The position numbers and the translations under genes are program-made. A DNA stretch of 64,000 bases from a virus (lineage: Duplodnaviria; Caudoviricetes): IMG/VR virus record IMGVR_UViG_2636415863_000002, positions 1-64,000 of that record; one strand, written 5' to 3'. This document shows, in pieces, positions 26,227 to 35,600 of this stretch. Under the pieces are notes generated by a model. It was given only the letters and a program-made list of their open reading frames with translations. It did no database searches and was not told the origin of the DNA. The first letter of the stretch is position 1; the number at the start of each line of letters is the position of its first letter.

Positions 26227-27032
26227 GCCGAGCGCTGCCGGTAACCGAACTGGGAGAGGTAATCGGCGACCTCGTCCTTGGATGCCTTCGAGTAGTCGGT
26301 GGGCGCCGGCGCGCCTCGCGAGCCCTGCCCGGGGTCAGGCCGGGGCTTCGGCTTGCGGGCGGGCTCCGGCTCCGCCGCCGCAGCGCTCACCACCGGTTCG
26401 GGCTTCGCCCAATGCGGCTTGCGCTCCAGCAGGTCCGCAAGGTCCGCTTCGATCGCATCGGTATCGATCTCGCCGTCGGAGTCGACGTACTTGCTGGGGT
26501 CGCGCATCAGCACGTCCACGGCATCCGACGGATCCGCGAACTGGCCGACCGCAAAGACCTTCACTTCGGACGACACGGCACGCGCAACGGCCTTCGCCGC
26601 CTGGGTCTTCGCACGCTCGCCCTGAGCCTGCGCCTTCTCCAGCTCGGACTTGTCGCGGTCCTCGAACTCTTGCACCTTGCGTGCGAGAGCAGCCATCTCC
26701 CTCTTCGCGGCCGCGGCTTCCTTCTTCGCCGCAACCCGCTCAGCTTTCATCCGCTCGAGAGCCTTCTTGCCCGCATCGCCCAAGCCGTCCTTCGCCGGCT
26801 CATCACCGGGCTCCGGATCGCCCTCGTCGCCCTCGGGGTCGTCGTCACCATCGCCGTTCAGGGCGTCGGCGAGCATCCGCTCAGCTTCGGGGTCTCCCCC
26901 GTCGCCGGTCCCGGCGCCGGCGCCAGCCGCCGGTGCCTCCGGGTCGCCGCCCTCAGGCTCAGGGTCGTCGTGTCGTGCCAGGTTGAACCAGGTGGCGCCG
27001 GTTGCCGGTGCCGGGTGCTTCTCGGTGGACAT
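26223..27032 (-). CDS. Capsid scaffolding protein
   Basis: Acidic N-terminus, LGDAGKKAL coiled coil, DPGQG C-terminus; leader WFNLARH. Confidence 0.85.
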   Translation of the reverse strand: MSTEKHPAPATGATWFNLARHDDPEPEGGDPEAPAAGAGAGTGDGGDPEAERMLADALNGDGDDDPEGDEGDPEPGDEPAKDGLGDAGKKALERMKAERVAAKKEAAAAKREMAALARKVQEFEDRDKSELEKAQAQGERAKTQAAKAVARAVSSEVKVFAVGQFADPSDAVDVLMRDPSKYVDSDGEIDTDAIEADLADLLERKPHWAKPEPVVSAAAAEPEPARKPKPRPDPGQGSRGAPAPTDYSKASKDEVADYLSQFGYRQRSA

Positions 27033-27103
27033 TGCGTCCGCCCTCTCGTGTGATGCGAAAGGGGCGCCGTTGCAGCACCCCTCGGGGGTTGGGTGGTGCG
27101 TGG

Positions 27104-27352
27104 TCAGCTCTTGAGACTGCCGTCGGCTGACCAGGTATCGGGGACAGCGTCCGAGGCGCCGAGCGCCTTGGCCCGCTGGATGATGAAGCGCCGCACCTTG
27201 CTGCGGGCCTCTTCCGTCGGCGGCTGCACACGGCCGACAGCACGGATGGCGTTCTCGAGATCCGCACGATTGCGGATGGGGAATCTCCCTCCAGGCATCG
27301 CCTGGCCCTTCGCGGCCGCCTTCTTCCGGGCGGCCGTGTTCATGTCGGCCAC
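27104..27352 (-). CDS. Small head-module protein (DUF6582-like)
   Basis: GRFPIRNRADLENAIRAVGR...IIQRAKALG motif. Confidence 0.65.
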   Translation of the reverse strand: MADMNTAARKKAAAKGQAMPGGRFPIRNRADLENAIRAVGRVQPPTEEARSKVRRFIIQRAKALGASDAVPDTWSADGSLKS

Positions 27353-27361
27353 GATGTCCTC

Positions 27362-28387
27362 CTACAAGAGGTAGCCAAAGCGCCGCAGGAGCCGGATCAG
27401 TTCGTCCCGGTCCTCGGCGAGCTTGAGAATCTCGGACGGCATCAGCCGCGGAGTACGAAGGCGGAAGCGCGGCAGGCCCTGCTCAACGTCCGCTCGGGTG
27501 CGGGCGAACCGCTGCCCCGTCCTCTGCTCGGTCTCACGCCGCATCTCCTGGAAGAACTCGCCGCGGCGTGTAGTGCTCTCCAGCGTGGCGACGACTTTCC
27601 GCCCATAGACGTCCAGCGTCTGCACGCTCCGGCTGGCATTCACGACGCGGAAGATGTCAGCGCCTTCCCGAATCGCGGTCGCGCCACCCACGCCAAACCG
27701 TCGGTCCTGCTCCGCGCGGGACAGGCTGTTGAAGAACGCCTTCGGGTCCGTAAACCGACCCGGCCGCGCCTTCGTCGACGGACTGCCATAACACTGACAG
27801 CGGCGATGCCTAGCGAAGTCCGCATTCCAGCGGTACCACTTCCCGGCGAGGATCACGCAGCGGGCGCACGCGCCGGGCCGGACCATCCGGATGTAGCCGG
27901 TCACCGTGCGGTTGGCGACCATCGCCACTCCCATCGCTCCCGACCCTGCGTCCGCGACCTCGCTCGCAACGATCCGCTGCAGGCTGGCCATGCCGCCGAG
28001 CATCGCCTCCTGCAACGTCAACCCGCCCTGGATCAGGGTCTTGGCGCGGATGACTGGCAGGTACAGCAGCGAGTCCAGCGCCCGACCGTCCGCCGCGGTC
28101 CCGGCCAACTGCCGGTACTGCACGGTCGACGCGCCGTCCGCGTAGTCCGAGGAGAGCCCGTCCGCGGCCACCATCGCGTCCACGTACCGCTGCCCGGTCG
28201 ACGCCGCGAGCAACTGGCCCGCGGCCAGCGCGCTCACCATCGCATCACCGATGCCCCGCAGCCACGATCCGGACAGGTCCGTGGTGTCCAACTGCCGCCA
28301 CAGTTGCGCCATACGCATCGTCGCCTGAAGCTGCGCGCGGCGTTGCGTCTCACCGTAGGAGGCGACGATCGTGCTGGTGTCGGCCAT
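27362..28387 (-). CDS. Head morphogenesis (MuF/VG15-like) protein
   Basis: ACARCVILAG...FARHRRCQC motif; follows portal. Confidence 0.8.
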   Translation of the reverse strand: MADTSTIVASYGETQRRAQLQATMRMAQLWRQLDTTDLSGSWLRGIGDAMVSALAAGQLLAASTGQRYVDAMVAADGLSSDYADGASTVQYRQLAGTAADGRALDSLLYLPVIRAKTLIQGGLTLQEAMLGGMASLQRIVASEVADAGSGAMGVAMVANRTVTGYIRMVRPGACARCVILAGKWYRWNADFARHRRCQCYGSPSTKARPGRFTDPKAFFNSLSRAEQDRRFGVGGATAIREGADIFRVVNASRSVQTLDVYGRKVVATLESTTRRGEFFQEMRRETEQRTGQRFARTRADVEQGLPRFRLRTPRLMPSEILKLAEDRDELIRLLRRFGYLL

Positions 28388-28388
28388 C

Positions 28389-29828
28389 TCAGCCGTCCGC
28401 GGAAGCCGCCGAGAACTGCGGCACCGGTTCGCCACCACCTGGGCCGCCGTCCGATGGCGCGGGGGCGCCCGGGGCGGTCGGCGGCGCCGTCGACAGCGCG
28501 TGCAGGTCCGCGGCCGTCATCCGGGTCAGAGCCTCATCCTGCATCGCCCGCATCCGGATCCGCTGCTCAGCCGAGTAGCCCAGGTCCTCCCAAGCCTGCT
28601 CGGTCGGCAGGATGCCGGACGCGTGCAGCTTGGTGACCGCGTCCGCCTTCTGCGCATAGGTCGGGGTCGCAGCGTCCCGCCACGCCGTCTCCAGACTGCG
28701 GGCCTTCGGATCCAGGCTGCCGTCCCGGACCAGCAAGGCGAGACGCATCACCCGCTCCCACGCCTCCCCGAACGCCCGCTGGCGCCGCTCGGACCGCTTC
28801 ACCAGGCGAGCCTCCGACGCACGGATCGCGTCCGCGGACGGCGGCTGATCCGTGGCCAGGCCGAGGAAGGCCGGCGGAAGGCCCGTCAACGCGGCCACGA
28901 GCCGGGCAAGCTGGTTGATCGTCTCGTGGAAGTTGGTCAGCTGAGCCTCGGGGAACTGGCCGAACTTGACGCCGTCGCCCTCGTTCACCCACAAGCGGCC
29001 CGCCAACGACGACATCGCGCCGAGCGGCTGCCCCATCTCATCGGCGAAGTCGTCCCTGCTCATGCCGGTCGCCCACCGGCGCGGCATCGCGTGATACTCC
29101 GCACTCACCATCATGTCCGTGGCGATCTTGCAGGCGGCATCCGACAGAGGGATCACCGCACGCAGCTCCGACGTGCCGTCCATGTGCCGCAACCGGGGCC
29201 GGTTCGCCAGCGTCACCACCAGCAACTGACCGAGACCATGCTCATCCCGGTCGACCTCGACCCACGCGCCCTTCTGCTTCTCGAACTGGTGGCGTGAGTC
29301 CGGCAGGTACAGCATCGCGTTCTGCACCGGCATCGACCCGGACGCGGCCGGCTCATCCCACCGCTTGATCGCGGCGATCTCCTGCCGCGTCCGCGGATCC
29401 CGCTCCGCATACGCCTCGAGCGCCGACTCCGCAGTGACGATCGGGATCTCCTCATCGGCGTCGTTCGCGCCGACGATCGCATACGACCGCCGCAGCGCCA
29501 GCGCATCCACGTGCGCCTGCTGCGACCCCTCGTCGAGGTTGTTCGCCTGCCAGATCTCCCACAGGTCATCCGCGGTCGTCTCGCTCTTGGCGTACCGAAA
29601 GCCCTCGATGTCCAGCCGCTCATCCAGCGCATCCACCACCAGCTGCGGCCAGTTGATGACGACCTGCCGCATCCGGTCGGACAGCTCGACCTGAATCTCC
29701 GGCGCCATGTACGACAGCGGCTGAATGCCCTCGTAGTAGGCGTCCATCAACTTCAGCTCGGGCAGCTCCTTGTCGTGCGCCTGCACGAGCCGCTTCAGCC
29801 ACTCCTCCGGGGACAGGTCCAAAGCCAC
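28389..29828 (-). CDS. Portal protein (SPP1 gp6-like)
   Basis: YYEG, NWPQLVVD, NRP...GTSEL, SADAIRA motifs. Confidence 0.92.
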   Translation of the reverse strand: MALDLSPEEWLKRLVQAHDKELPELKLMDAYYEGIQPLSYMAPEIQVELSDRMRQVVINWPQLVVDALDERLDIEGFRYAKSETTADDLWEIWQANNLDEGSQQAHVDALALRRSYAIVGANDADEEIPIVTAESALEAYAERDPRTRQEIAAIKRWDEPAASGSMPVQNAMLYLPDSRHQFEKQKGAWVEVDRDEHGLGQLLVVTLANRPRLRHMDGTSELRAVIPLSDAACKIATDMMVSAEYHAMPRRWATGMSRDDFADEMGQPLGAMSSLAGRLWVNEGDGVKFGQFPEAQLTNFHETINQLARLVAALTGLPPAFLGLATDQPPSADAIRASEARLVKRSERRQRAFGEAWERVMRLALLVRDGSLDPKARSLETAWRDAATPTYAQKADAVTKLHASGILPTEQAWEDLGYSAEQRIRMRAMQDEALTRMTAADLHALSTAPPTAPGAPAPSDGGPGGGEPVPQFSAASADG

Positions 29829-29846
29829 AGCCCCACCCCCTTCAGG

Positions 29847-31481
29847 TCAACGCATGACGGTTGTCCGGCTCGACTTCTTCGGGCGGGCCATGCCTGCGGC
29901 AATCGCGTCACCAGCGGCTTCATGGGCAAGTACGGACACCACCGTCAGGTCGATCTTCTGGTGGGGTGCTGCCTTGCGCAGCACGTACCGGCCAGCGGTT
30001 CGGGCCGCCTTCCGGGCATGCCCCACGTGAGCCGACGTGTCCTCACAGCCGTCATGCTCGAAGGCACTGCCAGCCTTCGTCACATCAGTCAGCAGCCGTT
30101 CACAGGCGGCATACATCTGCACGACGCGCTGCGTGTACCAGCGGACCACCCGCTTCTCCCCGTACCGCTCCGCCCACGTGTCGACCTCGGTCTCCCAGTA
30201 CGGCGGATCGCAGTACGCGCGCACCACGTGGTAGCGGTGCATCACCTCGTCCATAGCGGCGTCGACCTCGAGGCGCGGTGTTTGGCCGCCCCACTCGGCC
30301 GGGTCCCAGATCGTCGGCAGCTTCAGTGAGCTGTACACCGGCGTGAACTGGTAACCATCCAGCGTCTCGAGCCGGATGCCCGTCCAGTCGTCGATGTCGC
30401 TGCCGTCGAACCCGAGCGTCACGGGCGTCCCGTCCGGGACCTCCCGCGGAGCTGCTCGAAGATCCCAGCGGTCCCGGGCAAGCCATGTACCCGTACCCGC
30501 CGTGATCCGGTTGCCGAAGAACCGCTCGGCCTGCGCCTGGTCCCGTTCGATCAGCTCAGCAGCTTCGGCCTCGATGGCGTCGAGGTCGACCCACCAGGAG
30601 TCGCCATATACCGCCTTGTGAATCTTCCGGCGGTCCGCCTTCTTGGCGTAGTCCAGGTCAGCCGGAGCCCGCCGGAAGTCCCGGAAGATGTCCTGCACCT
30701 TCGCCTCGAACGTCCGCTGCGCCACGCTGTTCTCGCTGGGGTCCCAGCCGTTCGTCGTCTCCGTCGACCGGCCGCCCATGCCCGCCAGGCCACGCCGCTG
30801 CGTGTCCGCGACCCTCTGCATCTTGTTCTCGGTCGTCCAGATGCCGGATTCGTCCTGCGGCACGAAAGTGACGCGCTGACCGAGGCGGGACTGAGCCGAC
30901 GAGGTCACCGTGTCGATGCGGCCCCCGCCCGGCAGGCGAATGAACTCCTCGCCCGTCTTCGGGATCAACTCGGCAAGCGGACCCTTGTCGATCATCGGAC
31001 GGAGGGCACCATAGATGTTGTCGGTCTGCTCCTCCGAGAACGCCGTGATCTGGATCAGCGGCGTCGGCCACGGCATGCCCATCGGCTCGCCCGGCTCGTA
31101 CTCGTACAGCCAGCCGCAGCCACAGCCGTGATCCCGGCAGTCGTACAGCTCGCCACCGGACGCCCACCCGGCGAACACCGCCGGGCCGACACCCTCGACA
31201 CAGACCTGCGACGCGGTCAGCGGACCCTTGCCCCACTTCTGCGGACGCACCAACTGGCTGCGCCGGTAGTGGAACGCCGAAGCAGGCGACAGCATCGACC
31301 GCTCCCGCGTCGCACCGGGCTTCACCCGGTAGTGGTTCAGGTAGAACCACAGCATCTCGTCGGTGAGGACATACGGCTCGCCAACGGAGAAGCCGTCCGG
31401 GATCACGCAGTGCGCCTCAACCCAGTCCGCGATCAGGAAGCCGAGCGTGGGCCACTGGACTACCCGATCATCCCCCGTCAC
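29847..31481 (-). CDS. terL: Terminase large subunit
   Basis: Walker A RPQKWGKG, Walker B QDE, nuclease LGFDGS..DD, KID. Confidence 0.92.
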   Translation of the reverse strand: MTGDDRVVQWPTLGFLIADWVEAHCVIPDGFSVGEPYVLTDEMLWFYLNHYRVKPGATRERSMLSPASAFHYRRSQLVRPQKWGKGPLTASQVCVEGVGPAVFAGWASGGELYDCRDHGCGCGWLYEYEPGEPMGMPWPTPLIQITAFSEEQTDNIYGALRPMIDKGPLAELIPKTGEEFIRLPGGGRIDTVTSSAQSRLGQRVTFVPQDESGIWTTENKMQRVADTQRRGLAGMGGRSTETTNGWDPSENSVAQRTFEAKVQDIFRDFRRAPADLDYAKKADRRKIHKAVYGDSWWVDLDAIEAEAAELIERDQAQAERFFGNRITAGTGTWLARDRWDLRAAPREVPDGTPVTLGFDGSDIDDWTGIRLETLDGYQFTPVYSSLKLPTIWDPAEWGGQTPRLEVDAAMDEVMHRYHVVRAYCDPPYWETEVDTWAERYGEKRVVRWYTQRVVQMYAACERLLTDVTKAGSAFEHDGCEDTSAHVGHARKAARTAGRYVLRKAAPHQKIDLTVVSVLAHEAAGDAIAAGMARPKKSSRTTVMR

Positions 31482-31935
31482 CGGGAACGACCTTGAACCG
31501 ATCCCGGGCCGTGCGCCGCTTCACCGGCTGCTTCCCGGAACCCTCGCGCCGCTCCGCGACCTCGTCGGCCGCAATCCGCCACCGGTTCGCCCGCATCCCC
31601 GGCGTCGTCAACCCCAGCGAGTCGGCCATCTGCCGAACCAGGGTCGACAGATTCACCCGCGACTCCATCGCCTCAGCCTCAGCGAAGCGGCGCACGTACA
31701 GCGCCACCTCGTACTCCTGGCCGTACCGCTCCCACATGATCGCTTGCGGCTTTCGCCACAGCGACGCCCACAACTCGTGCTCGCGGATCGTCTGCTCCGT
31801 CAACGGCCACTCGGGCATTGCGCCCTGGCGGCCCTCCGCGGGCAGGATCGTCCACTCGCCAGCGTCCCGGTCACGCCGCAGCGCGCTCGGGTCGGGGGCC
31901 GGGCCGGAGCGCGCTCGTGCTCCACCACTCGCCAT
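31468..31935 (-). CDS. terS: Terminase small subunit
   Basis: GGARARSGPAPDP, LGLTTPGMRANRW; overlaps terL. Confidence 0.85.
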   Translation of the reverse strand: MASGGARARSGPAPDPSALRRDRDAGEWTILPAEGRQGAMPEWPLTEQTIREHELWASLWRKPQAIMWERYGQEYEVALYVRRFAEAEAMESRVNLSTLVRQMADSLGLTTPGMRANRWRIAADEVAERREGSGKQPVKRRTARDRFKVVPGDGG

Positions 31936-32002
31936 CTCGGTACTCCTCGAGTCGCGCCGTTGCGGCGCTCATCCCGACCGGCATTGCGCACGATCGGCCG
32001 TA

Positions 32003-32030
32003 CATGACGAAACCCCCGACGGGCGGGGGC
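32003..32030 (-). terminator. Hairpin plus T-run upstream of terS
   Basis: CCCCCG-CCCGT-CGGGGG-TTT on the minus strand. Confidence 0.45.
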
Positions 32031-32214
32031 TCCGAGGTACTACAGACGACGGCGTGGGCATGCCACCCTTCCCGATGCACGCCCACGCCGCCGCCGGTTC
32101 TTGGGGATCGGGACGGCGGTACGGGCAGGTTGCCGTCTCCTGCCGCCTACTTGGGTATTCCCGATCGCGCCAGGGCGATCCCACAGGACGTCACCGTCTG
32201 TGGTTATGGATCGA

Positions 32215-32317
32215 GGACTTTTTGGATCATGAAAAATTAGAACTTGACGGACCAGGGCTAGCTCTCCCCGGCGGTCCGACCTTGATCGCCCCGACGGGTC
32301 CCTCCCCTGGGGTACGG
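32215..32317. other. Candidate cos / packaging-site region
   Basis: Locally AT-rich stretch (TTTTTGGATCATGAAAAATTAG) between HNH and terS. Confidence 0.4.
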
Positions 32318-32710
32318 TCACCCTCCGTCGCGATGCCAGCCGCCAGGCTGTTCGCCGGCCGTCGACCGGCTGTGGCACGACGTGCAGAGTCCCCGGCCGT
32401 GCCGCGGGTCGTCAGGGTCCTCGCCTCGCTCGACCAGCTCCCGCCGACTGAGGGGGTGGTGGTCAGCGTGTACCGACGGCCGACCGCAGGGCCTGCCGTG
32501 GGCATGGCCCTCGTCGACGCAGACGCAGACCGGGTCACGAGCCAGCACAGCGGGACGGAAGCGCTGCTCGTGCTGTCGTCCATAGCCTCGCTGCCGTGCT
32601 GTGCCACGCCTCTGCTCTGCCTGTCGCCTGTGCTGCTCACACCGTCCGCCTTGCGTGTACTCGGGACAGCCAGGCACCGAGCAGATCCGGTAACCACCGC
32701 GCCCACTCAT
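32318..32710 (-). CDS. HNH endonuclease (packaging-associated)
   Basis: CSVPGC, RGYG, ADHHP...LCTSCHSRST. Confidence 0.85.
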   Translation of the reverse strand: MSGRGGYRICSVPGCPEYTQGGRCEQHRRQAEQRRGTARQRGYGRQHEQRFRPAVLARDPVCVCVDEGHAHGRPCGRPSVHADHHPLSRRELVERGEDPDDPRHGRGLCTSCHSRSTAGEQPGGWHRDGG

Positions 32711-33003
32711 GTGATGCCGAGGTAGCCGGACAGGCGGACGATGTTCTCGCTGCCGGCCGGATCGACGGACACCCAGACGTGGTAGTCGCCTGGTGTGAGG
32801 GTGAGTGCTCCGCCGTCCGGTCCGATGAGGAGGCGGGCTTCGGTGGGACTGGCCCAGTCGCCGATGTGCCAGTCGACCGTGCTGGGGTTGTTGCGGTTGG
32901 ACATCGACAGGATGGCGATCCTCGGTGTGGTGGCGGTGAGGTCGACGCCTGCCGGGGCGGTCACCGTGATGTGCAGGTATTCGGTGCTGCTGGCTGGGAT
33001 CAC
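32707..33003 (-). CDS. Small Ig-like virion protein
   Basis: LLIGP...LTPGDYHVWV; GTGA overlap; GGAGG RBS. Confidence 0.65.
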   Translation of the reverse strand: MIPASSTEYLHITVTAPAGVDLTATTPRIAILSMSNRNNPSTVDWHIGDWASPTEARLLIGPDGGALTLTPGDYHVWVSVDPAGSENIVRLSGYLGIT

Positions 33004-34202
33004 CACGGGGCGGCCACCTCCCAGCTTGTCTGCTGTGGTGCGCCAGCCGTCCACGTTTCGGCCTGGGGTTCGCCTGCGACCCATGGGCTGTAGGGCGCGC
33101 CGACGGTGATGTCGATGTCGTCGCGGGTGCTGTGCGTTGTCCCGCTGGCCGTGAGCGTCGCCGTGGCGGTGAGCGCGGCGTTGCCGGTGCTTGTTGTGGT
33201 TCCTGCTGCTGCGAGTGCTGCGGCAGCGTTGAGGCCGGTGCCTGAGGCTGTCGCGCGGACGCCGGCCGCTGTGAGGGTGCCCGTCGTGTTCAGGGTGGCG
33301 TCTCCGAGTATGGGCGGTACGCCGGTCACTCCGTCGGCCGTGAGGGTGGCCATGGACGTCAAGGATGCGTCGCTGCTGTGGGCGATCTGTCCTTGTGAGG
33401 TCAGGTCTGCTGTGGTGGCGAGGCCCGCGACGGCTTGGGTTGCGCGTGTTCCGTCCGCGGCGAGGGTTGCGGTGGGGGCGAGGTTCGCCGTCCCGGTTGT
33501 GGCTCGGGTGCCGTCTGCGGTGAGGCTGGACGTGATCGTGAGTGCCGTGCCGCCTGTGGTGGCGTGCAGTCCTGTTGCGGTCAGGGATGCGGTCGCGGTG
33601 ACCGCAGCGTCGCTGGCGGCGGCTCGTAGGCCCGACGCGGACAGTGTTGCCGTGCTGGACAGTGCCGCGTCGCCGGTGGCGCCGGTGGTGACATCCGCCC
33701 CGGTGAAGTCATCGAATCTGAGCGAGCTGGTGGATTCGGCGCGGATTCCGACGCTGGTGCCGGTGGTGACGGCGGTGTCAGTGACGCTGACGCGCTGGAT
33801 GCCGTTGACGTATCCCTTGATGGTGCTACCGACCGCCTGGATTTTCGCGACGTCACCAGCGACGGCGGCTGCGGCGAAGGAACCGATGGAGGTAAAGCTG
33901 CCACCGACGACGGAGAAGAGGTTCCACGACGTGCCGTCGTTGCGCCACAGGTAGCCCGAGGTGAAGGTGGAGTTGCCGCGGCACCATATGCCGTGGCTGA
34001 CGGCTGCGGTGGCGGCGATGGTGACCTGCGCTGAGTTGTCGTTGGTGGCCATGGCGCCGGCGGCGCGAAGGATGACCGTGCCACCCGCTGATCCGGATGA
34101 GAGCTGGTTGGAGATGATCGACCAGTCGCCGGACACCTCAACCCAGTTGGCGCCGAGGTTGGTGGAATCGGAGCGGTTGAAGTTGTCGGTGAAGGTCGTC
34201 AC
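33000..34202 (-). CDS. Fibre-like protein: lectin-like N-domain plus ~20-aa Ala/Thr repeats
   Basis: FTDNFNR...RFDDF domain followed by about nine AxLxxTxxLxAxG repeats. Confidence 0.75.
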   Translation of the reverse strand: MTTFTDNFNRSDSTNLGANWVEVSGDWSIISNQLSSGSAGGTVILRAAGAMATNDNSAQVTIAATAAVSHGIWCRGNSTFTSGYLWRNDGTSWNLFSVVGGSFTSIGSFAAAAVAGDVAKIQAVGSTIKGYVNGIQRVSVTDTAVTTGTSVGIRAESTSSLRFDDFTGADVTTGATGDAALSSTATLSASGLRAAASDAAVTATASLTATGLHATTGGTALTITSSLTADGTRATTGTANLAPTATLAADGTRATQAVAGLATTADLTSQGQIAHSSDASLTSMATLTADGVTGVPPILGDATLNTTGTLTAAGVRATASGTGLNAAAALAAAGTTTSTGNAALTATATLTASGTTHSTRDDIDITVGAPYSPWVAGEPQAETWTAGAPQQTSWEVAAPW

Positions 34203-34247
34203 GGCGGCCTCCCCGTCAGCGCGTCACGCCACCTGCGAGCTACGCGA

Positions 34248-34655
34248 TCATGCAGATTGGGGGGCCACGCTTGCACCCAAGGACGCCAATGTGAACGTGT
34301 CGGCTGAGGCCCACGCCTTACTGGCTGTCAGTGCCACCGAGAACAGGAACGTCCCGGCGGAGGAGGCCGTCCACACCGAGATGTGGGTGAGCGTCTCCGA
34401 CGTGCCGCCGTTCGTCCACGCCGACGGCGCTGTACTCAGCGACAGAGACGAGCCCGACGAAGAGCTGGAGAAGACGAAGCTGTTGCGGGTGGTCGAGCCG
34501 ACGCTGATGTTGGCGGTGCCGGCGGCGCCGGGGTCCCCGGTGTGCAGCTGCACGAAGGCGCCCGCGACTGCGCTGTATGCAGCGCCGCCGTTGCCGGTGG
34601 TGCGGAGCGTGTTGAGCCAGCCGGAGACGAGGCCGGGGGCGAGTCCTGCGGTCAT
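34248..34655 (-). CDS. Phage fibre/decoration protein
   Basis: VQLHTGDPGAAGTAN...THISVWTASSAGTFL motif. Confidence 0.75.
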   Translation of the reverse strand: MTAGLAPGLVSGWLNTLRTTGNGGAAYSAVAGAFVQLHTGDPGAAGTANISVGSTTRNSFVFSSSSSGSSLSLSTAPSAWTNGGTSETLTHISVWTASSAGTFLFSVALTASKAWASADTFTLASLGASVAPQSA

Positions 34656-34768
34656 TGCTCGGGCTCCTCGGTCTCGGTCTCGGGCTGGGTTTCGGCGGCG
34701 TCGTTGTCGGGTTGGGCGGGGGTGACTTCGCCGGAGGCTTCCAGTCGCAGCACGTATTCGTCGGCCAT
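34652..34768 (-). CDS. Small acidic protein (38 aa)
   Basis: MADEYVLRLEASGEVTP; ATGA overlap. Confidence 0.5.
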   Translation of the reverse strand: MADEYVLRLEASGEVTPAQPDNDAAETQPETETEEPEQ

Positions 34769-34864
34769 GGCGGTCCGTTCGGTCGGGTGTCGTGGAGTGC
34801 GCGGCGTGTCACGATCCGGCGGTGGCCGTGTACGCGGCGTTGGGGCGCTGGGATGATGCCGCGC

Positions 34865-35347
34865 ATGTCTGAGATGACCGATGCCGCCGCCGTGTCCCTC
34901 ACTCCCGCTCCTACGAAGCGTTGGCTGCACCCGCTGATAACCGGTGTTGTCGGCCTGGTCGTTGGTGCGGGTGCTGTGGGCCTGGCGTGGGGCCTGTCCG
35001 GCAGCGGGTCGAGTGCGCCTGCGACGTTCACACTGCGCGGCACGATGATGCTGACCGGCGACCATGTGCCGTCCGGGGCGACGAGCGAGGACTGCACGGG
35101 CTACAGCGGCTACGACGACATCGCCAAGGGGGCCGGGGTGACGGTGTACGACTCGGCGGGCAAGGTTGTGGCGACGGGTGCGCTCGGCACGGGGAAGCCG
35201 GATTCGGGGGCGTGTGTGTTCGTCGCCGAGGTGCCGGGCGTGCCGGAGGGCTCACGCTTCTATCAGGTCGAGGTCAGCCATCGCGGGAAGGTCACCGTGT
35301 CGGCGGCGGAGGCGAAGGGCGGGAAGTTCGCTGCCTCGTTGGGCTGA
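34865..35347 (+). CDS. Membrane-anchored protein (moron, opposite strand)
   Basis: TM helix then CTGYSGYDDI...C.F...FYQVEVSHRG; start codon uncertain. Confidence 0.7.
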   Translation: MSEMTDAAAVSLTPAPTKRWLHPLITGVVGLVVGAGAVGLAWGLSGSGSSAPATFTLRGTMMLTGDHVPSGATSEDCTGYSGYDDIAKGAGVTVYDSAGKVVATGALGTGKPDSGACVFVAEVPGVPEGSRFYQVEVSHRGKVTVSAAEAKGGKFAASLG

Positions 35348-35447
35348 TGGTCAGCGGCTGTTGCGCTGCCTTCGGCCGCGAGCTGCTGGGCAGCCTCCCG
35401 CGCGCTGGCGGGTGCGGTGGCGTGCTGAGTCACGGGTCTCCGTCCGC

Positions 35448-35600
35448 TCAATGCGCTTGGAGGGTGTGGACGGTGGTGGGGAGGAGCCAGAGGGCGAGCC
35501 CGGCGTAGGCGAGTCTGTCGCGGTGCGGCACGTTTGCCGGGAGTACGGCGGCGAGCGCTAGGAGAGCGAAGCCGATCGTGTAGCAGAAGACGTTCAGCAT
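35448..35600 (-). CDS. Small two-TM membrane protein
   Basis: 50 aa hydrophobic; GGAG RBS. Confidence 0.55.
   Translation of the reverse strand: MLNVFCYTIGFALLALAAVLPANVPHRDRLAYAGLALWLLPTTVHTLQAH

Noticed and set aside
27362-28387. MuF-fused polymorphic toxin
   Set aside because: C-terminus shows no toxin motif, and the following 82-aa gene looks like a head-module protein
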